Source: Candidatus Velamenicoccus archaeovorus (GTDB taxonomy: Bacteria; Omnitrophota; Gorgyraeia; Velamenicoccales; Velamenicoccaceae). Taken from it: DNA of 32,000 bases. How positions within the stretch are numbered: position 1 is the first letter of the stretch; each line of letters starts with the position of its first letter. The stretch is from NCBI RefSeq assembly GCF_004102945.1, contig NZ_CP019384.1, positions 900,001 through 932,000 of the forward strand, read 5' to 3'. This document shows, piece after piece, positions 8,543 through 16,277 of this stretch. Made by a program: the position numbers and the translations under genes. The notes beneath the pieces are model-generated. The model did not search any database. It was not told where the DNA came from and saw nothing but the letters and a program-made list of their open reading frames with translations.

Positions 8543-9695
8543 GTCCTCGCAGGTCCATGATATGGCGGTATTTGCCGGTTGACGTTTTGGGAACATGGCC
8601 GGAATGGGGACGAATGGTGACCAGATGCGCTATGTGAAGGCGGACGCCGAGTTCTTTGATGAGCGTTGCGCTTGCAGAAAGGTTTTTCTCGGGGATGTGC
8701 AGGGTGATGTTGTCCCTGAAGTTCCGCTTGTTTTTATCGACGACGCAGAAAAAGCGTGGATGTCCCAGGAGCCGCAAGATCGTCTCGGCCACGAGCCGGC
8801 GCGAAACGATCTTGCCTTCGATCAAGAGTGAATCTGCGTCCCGGCCGAGGACGCGGATGTATTTGGCGTTCCCTTTCTTGGTGATGTGGACGCGGTCGCC
8901 CAGGACGTAGCGGATGAAAGGCATGCAGGTGTTTTCCAGGTCTGTGATCACGATGCGCCCTTCTCCCGTCTCCGCCGTCCTGCCGTCTTCGCCCAGGATC
9001 TCAATGTAAAGGCCGTCTTCAAAGAGCCTCATGAATGTATCTTTCGGATCCTCGGCGATCGCGAACCCCGAGAATTCCATGGCGCCATAATGGTCGAAGA
9101 TGCGCGTCCCCGATAACGCTCTCAGGCGGTCTTTGAACCATGGATACAGCGGTTCCCCGTTAAGAATGCAGGATTTCACCGGATGTTTTCGTTTCAAAAC
9201 GGAGAAGATGTCATAAAGCTGGTTGGTGTAGGAGTTGATGAACGCGGGTTTCAGCGATTTGATCAACGCGATCGCCTCTTTTGTTTTTTCCGGGCTCGTG
9301 AGGGATCCCAGGGGGATCACGCCGGCGCCCAGGGCCCTGAAGGCCTGTTCCATGATGCGGCCGCCGCTGTTGAGTTCATACGAACAGAGGTTCAGGCACA
9401 GGTCGCCCGGCTTCATCCCGCAGGATTTGTAAATTTTGACGAGACGGCGCAGGTGCGTCCGATAACAATCCTTTGGATGCAGGATGTACATTTGTTTTCC
9501 CGAAGAGCCGCTCGTCGCCGTTACGTTGAAGGCCTCTCCTTCAGGGGGAAATTGACGGATATCGTCGCGCATCATGAGCGGCAATTTCAGGAATTCACCG
9601 CATGACTTCAATGGGAGCCGCACCGCCCGGTATGGTTGGAGGTGCGCGAAGCATGCCAAGAGATGGTTGATTTTTTTCAGGGTGACAATGTCCAT
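8526..9695 (-). CDS. Adenylate-forming enzyme, phenylacetate-CoA ligase (PaaK/CapK/F390 synthetase)-like
   Basis: MMRDDIRQFPP...VTATSGSSGKQ matches the T-S-G-[ST]-[ST]-G-K AMP-binding loop in the PaaK-type N-terminal context. Length is about 390 aa. The start is uncertain: ATG 9695 or GTG 9725. Confidence 0.7.
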   Translation of the reverse strand: MDIVTLKKINHLLACFAHLQPYRAVRLPLKSCGEFLKLPLMMRDDIRQFPPEGEAFNVTATSGSSGKQMYILHPKDCYRTHLRRLVKIYKSCGMKPGDLCLNLCSYELNSGGRIMEQAFRALGAGVIPLGSLTSPEKTKEAIALIKSLKPAFINSYTNQLYDIFSVLKRKHPVKSCILNGEPLYPWFKDRLRALSGTRIFDHYGAMEFSGFAIAEDPKDTFMRLFEDGLYIEILGEDGRTAETGEGRIVITDLENTCMPFIRYVLGDRVHITKKGNAKYIRVLGRDADSLLIEGKIVSRRLVAETILRLLGHPRFFCVVDKNKRNFRDNITLHIPEKNLSASATLIKELGVRLHIAHLVTIRPHSGHVPKTSTGKYRHIMDLRGHATRH

Positions 9696-10798
9696 GCGTA
9701 TTGTTTTGAATAGTCTCGATGGCACCGGGAGGCGCCGCGTTTATAGAGAAGCCGGAGCGACTGCAGCGCGGCATTTTCCTGTAGAAGAAAACACCCCCGG
9801 CATAATGGGTCGTACATTTTTTTCTGGAAAAATCCGGATGCCGCTTTGAGCCGTACGCGGTGATAGCGTGTCGACATCCACAGCTCCGCCAGGCCCTTGT
9901 CGTGGACGTTGCCTATCTTGACGCTTTTCTGCGTTGAACAACAGGCGGTCACGTCGCCCCGCTCTGTCAGAAACGTCGCAAACCATCCCATGTGGCACGG
10001 TCCTGGACTTCGGCAATCCGCGCCGGCCGGCAGAAATTTTCCCGTTTCGGCATAATGGGCCGAAAGGTTGTTTTTGACGCGGCCCAGGGTTCCCTTCCGG
10101 TGGGCGGCTAAGAGTAATTTTTCCGCTTTTTTCATGAGGGGCGGCGTCAGGGCCAAAGGACTTGTCCTGTGTTCGACATGCTCGCATTTGATCCGGAGTT
10201 CGTCGATCTTGACGCGCCGGGCAAGATCGATGACGGCCGGCAGGTTGTGATAGTTCAAGGCGTGCAGGACGAAGTTGAGCGAAGTCCTGGCCGACCGTGA
10301 CCTGACGCGGCCCAGAAGCTTCATATTTTTTATCACCATATCAAAATCGCTCAGATTTTGCGGCCGGTGGATCCTGAAAAAATCTTTTGCGTTTGTTGCC
10401 GAGAGGCTGAATTTCACGGCGTGGATGCGATGGATGGTTTTCAACAGTTTGTGCGGAAACAATCCGTTCGTCACCAGCGTGACCGCCAGTCCTTTCCTGC
10501 CGGCATGGTGGACGATGCTTTCGAAATCGGGGTGCAGCGTTGGTTCGCCTTTGGCCGAAAAGCAGACATGGCTGACGTTGAGTTTTTGACAATCATCAAA
10601 GACCCGGCCCAGGGTTTCCGTCTCCAGCCGCGTTTCTTTCGCCGGAGCCCTGGCGGCCGTTCCGTGGTGCACGCAGAAGAGGCAGTTGAGGTTGCAGGTG
10701 TTGTTGAGGTGGCAAAACAGGATCTTGGGGCCGCTGAAGATCCTGTGCCTGAGGGCCCCCATCAATCTCAAGGCATCGTTATGCAAGGTGTCGGCCAT
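9677..10798 (-). CDS. Radical SAM enzyme with SPASM/twitch-type C-terminal motif (paralogue family member 1 of 4)
   Basis: FCHLNNTCNLNCLFC is the rSAM box. CHMGWFATFLTERGDVTACC is a CX12GX4C motif. IGNVHDKGLAELW and a terminal CRGC follow. Confidence 0.85.
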   Translation of the reverse strand: MADTLHNDALRLMGALRHRIFSGPKILFCHLNNTCNLNCLFCVHHGTAARAPAKETRLETETLGRVFDDCQKLNVSHVCFSAKGEPTLHPDFESIVHHAGRKGLAVTLVTNGLFPHKLLKTIHRIHAVKFSLSATNAKDFFRIHRPQNLSDFDMVIKNMKLLGRVRSRSARTSLNFVLHALNYHNLPAVIDLARRVKIDELRIKCEHVEHRTSPLALTPPLMKKAEKLLLAAHRKGTLGRVKNNLSAHYAETGKFLPAGADCRSPGPCHMGWFATFLTERGDVTACCSTQKSVKIGNVHDKGLAELWMSTRYHRVRLKAASGFFQKKMYDPLCRGCFLLQENAALQSLRLLYKRGASRCHRDYSKQYAWTLSP

Positions 10799-11819
10799 AG
10801 TTTTTCTTTTTGAGGGCTTTCACGGCGACAAGCCGGCAATAATCGCACCCTTCGCATCTCATGTCGCAACTCAGCAGTTTTTTCGCAAATGTGTCCGGGA
10901 TGCTCTTGTTGTCGCAGATGAAGGGGATGGCGCCTTTGTTGGGGGGCGTCAATTCAAAAAGGTCTCCGTCAAAAGAGCGCTCGAAATAAGCTTTCAACTT
11001 TTTGCGCAGGACAGGAGTACGATCCATGCGATAGGCAATTTTGATCACGTCGGCCAATCCCCTTTTTTCATAATAAGTCAGGTCTTCCGGCCGGATGAAC
11101 GGCCGTTTGATCTCGTCTGTGACATCTTCTTTTTTATAGACGCAGTTTTTGACATCGATGAGATCTCCCAGAATATACCTTTTTTGAGGCGGGCGTTGCG
11201 CCGCCGTCTGCTGTTCAAGCATCTCTTTCAGCAGCGGCCAGCTGGAATGACGCATGGAGTAGAAGCAATTCATATAGCAGCCGTGGTTGGCCAGAAGTTT
11301 TACGGAGAAATTTTTGAGTTTGTTTTTATAATCCCTGATCTTTTCCAGTTCTTCTCCTTTGCGGTTGGTGGAGACGTCCAGGCAGAAATCCGTCACTCCC
11401 ATTTTGAGGGCTTCTTTGATCTTCTGGAGGCTGTCGATGTTCATGAATACGGACGTCTGGAGACGGATCCGCGGGAAGGCCTTTTTGAGAAATGGGACAA
11501 TGGCGGGGTCCCCGACCGTGATGGACGTCAGCCCTTCTGTCTTGTCGAGGGATCCGATGTAATGAAAGACGCTTTTGAGGTTATCGGTGAACGCGATCCC
11601 CTTGTTCATCAAAAGATTGCTTTTGACGTTATGTTTGCGGCACAGCGCCATCAATTCAAGGATCTCCTCTTCCTGAAATTTGTTCTGGTTCTGGTAGGGG
11701 CTGGAGTGGTCATTGCGGCCGGCGCCGGCGAAATAGACTTCCGCCGCCTGGCCTGTTTTAAAGGCCCATGCCATGAGGGTCAGGTCTCCGTTGTATGGGA
11801 TGGAGAATTTAAGCTTCAT
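10779..11819 (-). CDS. U32-family (UbiU/UbiV-like) TIM-barrel protein, paralogue of 2620-3642
   Basis: MKLKFSIPYNGDLTLMAW...AEVYFAG, ITVGDPAIVPF and KLLANHGCYMNCFYS. The C-terminus SCDMRCEGCDYC is a CX3CX2CX2C motif. A strong AGGAGG lies 5 nt upstream of ATG 11819. Its 3' end overlaps the next rSAM gene by 20 nt. Confidence 0.55.
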   Translation of the reverse strand: MKLKFSIPYNGDLTLMAWAFKTGQAAEVYFAGAGRNDHSSPYQNQNKFQEEEILELMALCRKHNVKSNLLMNKGIAFTDNLKSVFHYIGSLDKTEGLTSITVGDPAIVPFLKKAFPRIRLQTSVFMNIDSLQKIKEALKMGVTDFCLDVSTNRKGEELEKIRDYKNKLKNFSVKLLANHGCYMNCFYSMRHSSWPLLKEMLEQQTAAQRPPQKRYILGDLIDVKNCVYKKEDVTDEIKRPFIRPEDLTYYEKRGLADVIKIAYRMDRTPVLRKKLKAYFERSFDGDLFELTPPNKGAIPFICDNKSIPDTFAKKLLSCDMRCEGCDYCRLVAVKALKKKNYGRHLA

Positions 11820-11828
11820 GAAGACCTC

Positions 11829-12683
11829 CTATAATACCTCAAAATAGAATTGGGTGCGTGGTCTTTTGTCCATGTCGATGCAGATATATGTGATGCGTAT
11901 GGCGTTGGCGACAGGAAGCAGGGCTTGATGTAACCTTTGGGCGGCCTGCGTTTTGTCGAAACGCCTTATCAGGGCCGTGACATCGCTGCTGTCGAATGGG
12001 AAATCCGTGCGTACGGACCGGCTTCCTTTCTGCTGATACCTGATGGCCAGCATGACTTTTTGCGGCAACCATCCTATTTTCCGCCACCGTTCATAGGTTT
12101 TCAAGGCCCCTTTCTTTAGAACAGAGGCGCAGGCCGTTGCCAGCGAATCCGTGGGGAAAGGCCCATAATAGATTTTCAGGCCCTTCCTCCCTGTTTCATA
12201 AAGGTCGACGGCCGACATCCTGATGTTTTGAAAACGCCTGATGTCCGATGCGATACAGGCCGTATCCAGGTGCAGGCGAGAGGCGATGGCCGTCGCGTGC
12301 TTGGCGGGATCGGATGGATCCTGTGCGCGGTGATAATAATTATAAAGCTTGTATCGCGTCTCCCGCAGGAGCGGGCGGTCTTTGTAGGATGCCACCCCGA
12401 TCCCGAAACAGTTGTCTCTGTTGTTGCGAAACATATAACGCCTGGCTTCGGTCTCAATCCCCAGCAGGCGAAAAATGCGGCAGGCGTCGGTTTTCTTCAT
12501 GCAGGTCAGGGCGATCCGTGAGACGCCTGCGGCGCAACGGGAGAGCGATTCACTGGAGACCTCAAAGCTCTTCTCGTCCCCGTGCCTTTGTTTGATGCTA
12601 AGATAGGCCTTCGTGGCGCGAAAGAGCAAAGGGTCCTCCCGCAGTAAGAACTCAAGCAGTTTTATGTCGTGGAGCGTCGTCAC
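11829..12683 (-). CDS. Hypothetical protein; possible ABBA-fold aromatic prenyltransferase-like protein
   Basis: The GTG at 12683 forms a GTGA overlap with the upstream stop. The ORF-track start at 12872 would overlap the upstream gene by 193 nt. Five beta-hairpin-like segments recur about every 55 aa. Motifs GLKIYYGPFPTD, RYKLYNYYH and TQFYFEV recall NphB/CloQ-type strands. Confidence 0.35.
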   Translation of the reverse strand: MTTLHDIKLLEFLLREDPLLFRATKAYLSIKQRHGDEKSFEVSSESLSRCAAGVSRIALTCMKKTDACRIFRLLGIETEARRYMFRNNRDNCFGIGVASYKDRPLLRETRYKLYNYYHRAQDPSDPAKHATAIASRLHLDTACIASDIRRFQNIRMSAVDLYETGRKGLKIYYGPFPTDSLATACASVLKKGALKTYERWRKIGWLPQKVMLAIRYQQKGSRSVRTDFPFDSSDVTALIRRFDKTQAAQRLHQALLPVANAIRITYICIDMDKRPRTQFYFEVL

Positions 12684-13777
12684 GGCTGTGTCCGTTTTTT
12701 TAGGCCGCAGATGACGCAGGCCTTCCAAAACCTGTTCGCGAAGTCCATGTCCATCGCGGGTTGCGGCGGCGTTTTCAATATCTGCGCGAGGCGGCCGTCT
12801 TTGACATTTCCGTAAAACGTGGGGTCGTCTGCCGCAGGCAGGCCGAAGAGGATCCGCGTGGGATTGAGGCATCCGAAAATGTCCCCGTTGCAGTCGATGA
12901 AGAGATTATTTTTCCATGCCTCGCACGTCATGAGGCCGTTGAGACGTTTGACGACTTTGGAATTCGTGTCGTTTGGCATGGTGTTGCGATGAAGCGGCCC
13001 CATCAGGGTGCGGGCATTAAGGATCTGTTGCGTTTTTTTCGTGAAATCCAGGACATTGGTGGTTCTGACAAAGAACGGGAGTCTTGCAGCGATGCGGAAT
13101 TCGTTGATAAGGCGCCGCAACTGCTCTTTGTCGGGCGCCAAAAAATGGTTGTGAGGGGTCAGGAGCATATGGTGGAAATGGATGGAAAGATCGGCGGGCC
13201 GGCCCATCCGTTCCAGCAGGATGCGGTGGAATTTCCTCACGAAGCTTATGGCTTTGGCGGCCGTGTTTTTGGTGATGACATAGTTGATTTTGAATCTAAC
13301 GGCGTATTTCTTTCTGTGGGCGAGATCAAGGATGTCCTTAAGGGAATCAAGGGCGTTTTTAAAGGCGTCCCTCCTTTTGATTCCATGAATATCCCGGAAT
13401 TCCCTGGCGTCCGTCGCATTCAGATTGATCGTCAGCAGATTTAGATACGGCAGGATTTTCTTGATGCGTTTGCCTTCCTGGAGGTTTGTTAATACCTCCA
13501 CGGCGTAACCCCATCGGTAAGCTGAAGCGATGATCTTTTCGAAGTCCGGATGCAGGGCCGGTTCTCCCTGCGAGCCGATTTCTAAAAACCCAAAGCCGTG
13601 TCTTTTGGCTTCTTTCAGGATATCGAGCCAGGCCTCGGCTGGCAGATCGGCCGGTTGCCGGTCGTGAAGATAAACGCAAAACACACAACGGTAGGGGCAC
13701 GCGTTTGTCAAGGAAATGAGCAGTCTTTTGTCTCTTCCGTTTATCCCGGGCGTCTTTGGATGTTTCATGGCATTCAT
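12680..13777 (-). CDS. Radical SAM enzyme with SPASM/twitch-type motif
   Basis: LLISLTNACPYRCVFC is the rSAM box. CEAWKNNLFIDCNGDIFGC is a CX12GX4C motif. A terminal CVIC follows. Confidence 0.85.
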   Translation of the reverse strand: MNAMKHPKTPGINGRDKRLLISLTNACPYRCVFCVYLHDRQPADLPAEAWLDILKEAKRHGFGFLEIGSQGEPALHPDFEKIIASAYRWGYAVEVLTNLQEGKRIKKILPYLNLLTINLNATDAREFRDIHGIKRRDAFKNALDSLKDILDLAHRKKYAVRFKINYVITKNTAAKAISFVRKFHRILLERMGRPADLSIHFHHMLLTPHNHFLAPDKEQLRRLINEFRIAARLPFFVRTTNVLDFTKKTQQILNARTLMGPLHRNTMPNDTNSKVVKRLNGLMTCEAWKNNLFIDCNGDIFGCLNPTRILFGLPAADDPTFYGNVKDGRLAQILKTPPQPAMDMDFANRFWKACVICGLKKRTQP

Positions 13778-13789
13778 GGCCGCCGTTGT

Positions 13790-14908
13790 TTATGCGGTAG
13801 CGGTATTCCCCGGCACAAATTTAAAATCAAGAATTTTCTTTGCGAGAACGGATGCGTTATCGCTGAGCGTTCCGGCAAACGATCTCAAAGGATCGTTTTC
13901 GGCATGCGAAGCGCAGTCCGAACATAGATAGCCGGCTTTCTTCTGGAGGATGCCGTGTGCAGCCATTTGGCGTATCTGTTGGTAGCGCTCCGACCGCCAC
14001 AGCGATAGCAGGTCCGTATGGTAAATGTTTCCAATCCGCACAACATTGTCCCGCGAACAGCAGGCCATCAGATCTCCCTGTTCCATAAGGAAAGTTTGGA
14101 ACCATCCCATAAAGCAGGGGGCCGGTTTTCCTTGCATGCCCGGCGGCGCAAAGAATTTCCCTGTTTTCAGATAATGATCCAGAAGGTTGTTTTTTATGCG
14201 GCGCAGACGGTTTTTCTTCAAAAGGGATGCCAGGATTTTTTCCGTTTTCGCCCTCATGGCAGGTGTCAGGGAGAGGCGGTGGAATGAGCTGCTCTGCACT
14301 TCTTTGATGTTAAGTTCGTCGATGCCGAGCTGTTGGGCAAGCTCGAAGATCGCCGGCAGGCTCTTGTAATTGAACCGGTGCATGACATAAGTAATGGAGA
14401 TTTTGGGCCGGCTGGTTTTCAGGCGGCTCAGGCGCGCGATATTTTTTGTTACCGTCTCGAAGTTCGGCAATGGCCCGGCATGATGATAAAGGCGGAATTC
14501 TTCGGCGCAAGCCGCCGACAGGTTGCATTTGACCAGATGTGTCTTGGCGAGAGTTTCGATCATTTTTTCCGGGAAGGTTGCGTTTGTCAACACGGAGACA
14601 AAAAAATTTCTTTGCGTAGCTTCATCGATGATGGCCTTGAAATCCGGATGTAAGGTTGGTTCCCCTTTGGCCGAGATGCAGACATGTTCCACATGCAGTC
14701 TCCGGCAGTCGTCGAACACCTTGATGAGCACCGGCAGCGGGAGCCGTGTCCGGCTTTTTATCTTCCAGTCTGCGGGAAAATAGCCGTGATAATGACAAAA
14801 GACGCAATGGAGATTGCAGGCCGTGTCGATCTGACAGTAGAGGCTCTTGGGCCCCGTCATGAGCTTGTTTTTGGCAATACCCAGCAATCGCAATGTGTCG
14901 TGATTCAT
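13790..14908 (-). CDS. Radical SAM enzyme with SPASM/twitch-type motif (paralogue family member 2 of 4)
   Basis: LYCQIDTACNLHCVFC, CFMGWFQTFLMEQGDLMACC, IGNIYHTDLLSLW and CSDC. There is an ATGA overlap with the upstream paralogue. Confidence 0.85.
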   Translation of the reverse strand: MNHDTLRLLGIAKNKLMTGPKSLYCQIDTACNLHCVFCHYHGYFPADWKIKSRTRLPLPVLIKVFDDCRRLHVEHVCISAKGEPTLHPDFKAIIDEATQRNFFVSVLTNATFPEKMIETLAKTHLVKCNLSAACAEEFRLYHHAGPLPNFETVTKNIARLSRLKTSRPKISITYVMHRFNYKSLPAIFELAQQLGIDELNIKEVQSSSFHRLSLTPAMRAKTEKILASLLKKNRLRRIKNNLLDHYLKTGKFFAPPGMQGKPAPCFMGWFQTFLMEQGDLMACCSRDNVVRIGNIYHTDLLSLWRSERYQQIRQMAAHGILQKKAGYLCSDCASHAENDPLRSFAGTLSDNASVLAKKILDFKFVPGNTATA

Positions 14909-15996
14909 GGCATTGTTTTCCCGGCGGCGTCGTTTCTGACGGACCTGAGCTGGCGTGCGATAGCGTCATTTTCGCGATAGTGACAGCAGCTGCGGCACTC
15001 GTGGATCGCATGGTCAAAAAGGGAACGGCTGCCCCGCAGGCGCAAGCGCTGGAATTTCTGGGAACGCCAGACGTCTTTCAGGGAGTCGCGGTAGATGTTG
15101 CCCATGATGCATGTGTGTTGCATCTGGCAGCACGGCGTGATATGGCCTAACGAGGTGATGAAGACATAATACCATGTCATGTAGCAGGCTGCCGGTTGCG
15201 TCGGTCTCATGAAGAGCTCGTCAAGGTAGATTCCGCGGGCCTTGAAATTATGCTTGAGATTGCTGTCGATCTTGAGGAATGCCTTTTTGCCCGATATCTT
15301 TTTGATGATGGATTCTGTTTTTGAGGCGATCTCCGGCGTCAGGCGCAAGGAGGTGTTGTAGCGCCTGGTGTCGATATTTTTGATGAACAGCTCCTCGATC
15401 ATCATCTTTCCGGCGATCTCGAAGATCCTTGGGACCTCCCGGTAGTTGAGCGCATTCAGGATATAGATGAGCTTGAGGCGGGGCATCTTTTTCTTTTGTT
15501 TTTTGAGATATGCCAAGAGGCGCAGATTCTTGCAGACGGTTTTGAAATGATCGCCGGGTCCCCTGGATTGCAAGGTCAGATATTGTTTTTCCGTTGCCGC
15601 GGAGAGATCGATGTTCAAGACTTCGAAATGCCTGATAAGCTTGATCCAGTCGGGCGGAAACGTGGCGTTGGTGAATAGATGCAGTTTGAATTTTTTTTGG
15701 GAGGCATAAGAAACGATTTCGGGAAACCGGCTGTGGAGGGTCGGTTCCCCTTTGCCGGAAAGACGGATCTCTTCGACACGCAATTCATGACAATCGTCAA
15801 GGGTCTTTCGAATCGCATCGAATCCCAGCTCTTTCGATGCCCTTGGCGCTTGCGTATCGAGAGAGGAATGATACCAGCAATGGAGACACCTGAGGTTGCA
15901 GGCGTCCGTGAGGTGCAGGAGGGCTGTGTGGGGGCCGGCCAATACCTTGCTCTTATTGATCGAGAATAGCCTGAGATGATCGTCACGCGTGGTCAT
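14905..15996 (-). CDS. Radical SAM enzyme with SPASM/twitch-type motif (paralogue family member 3 of 4)
   Basis: LLHLTDACNLRCLHC, CYMTWYYVFITSLGHITPCC, MGNIYRDSLKDVW and CRSCC. The start at Met42 (MTTRDDHLRLF) was chosen by N-terminal alignment with the paralogues. The ORF-track start at 16119 adds 41 residues with no counterpart in them. Confidence 0.8.
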   Translation of the reverse strand: MTTRDDHLRLFSINKSKVLAGPHTALLHLTDACNLRCLHCWYHSSLDTQAPRASKELGFDAIRKTLDDCHELRVEEIRLSGKGEPTLHSRFPEIVSYASQKKFKLHLFTNATFPPDWIKLIRHFEVLNIDLSAATEKQYLTLQSRGPGDHFKTVCKNLRLLAYLKKQKKKMPRLKLIYILNALNYREVPRIFEIAGKMMIEELFIKNIDTRRYNTSLRLTPEIASKTESIIKKISGKKAFLKIDSNLKHNFKARGIYLDELFMRPTQPAACYMTWYYVFITSLGHITPCCQMQHTCIMGNIYRDSLKDVWRSQKFQRLRLRGSRSLFDHAIHECRSCCHYRENDAIARQLRSVRNDAAGKTMP

Positions 15997-16222
15997 GACT
16001 ATCTTGATTTGGATTGCTTTGCCATTGTTCTGTGTCTGTCGTGGCTTGGTCGAGTTCGCGGCGCCGGCCGCGCGTACAACCATGATGAGACGGGGTTGCG
16101 GCAACTGCCTGTTCCGCAAGAGATCGTGCGAGCGATGCGGTGGCCTGCGCCGGTCGAAGGCCGAGGGGGACTCCAGTCATTATATGCAAACTTCAGGCGG
16201 CGGGCAACTGGTATTTGGTGTT

Positions 16223-16249
16223 TTGCACGCCTCCCGAAAATGATATAAT
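16223..16249 (+). promoter_or_regulatory. Putative promoter for the kinase gene
   Basis: TTGCAC (16223-16228), a 15-nt spacer, then TGaTATAAT (extended -10, TATAAT at 16244-16249). It lies about 30 nt upstream of the AGAGGG SD and ATG 16278. The spacer is shorter than optimal. Confidence 0.4.
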
Positions 16250-16277
16250 ACACGACAAAAGAAAGAGGGTATGGTAT

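Noticed and set aside
12684-12872. N-terminal extensions in the ORF track: 12872 for the ABBA-like gene, 16140 for the kinase, 27952 for the Cys-rich protein, 16119 for an rSAM, 26244 for the deacetylase, 30672 for DUF5674, and 2698 for the TPR gene.
   Set aside because: The extensions overlap upstream genes by 70-190 nt or cross intergenic DNA. They lack an SD, are Arg/Pro-rich, and have no counterpart in paralogues. Downstream starts give ATGA/GTGA coupling, good SDs or a signal peptide.
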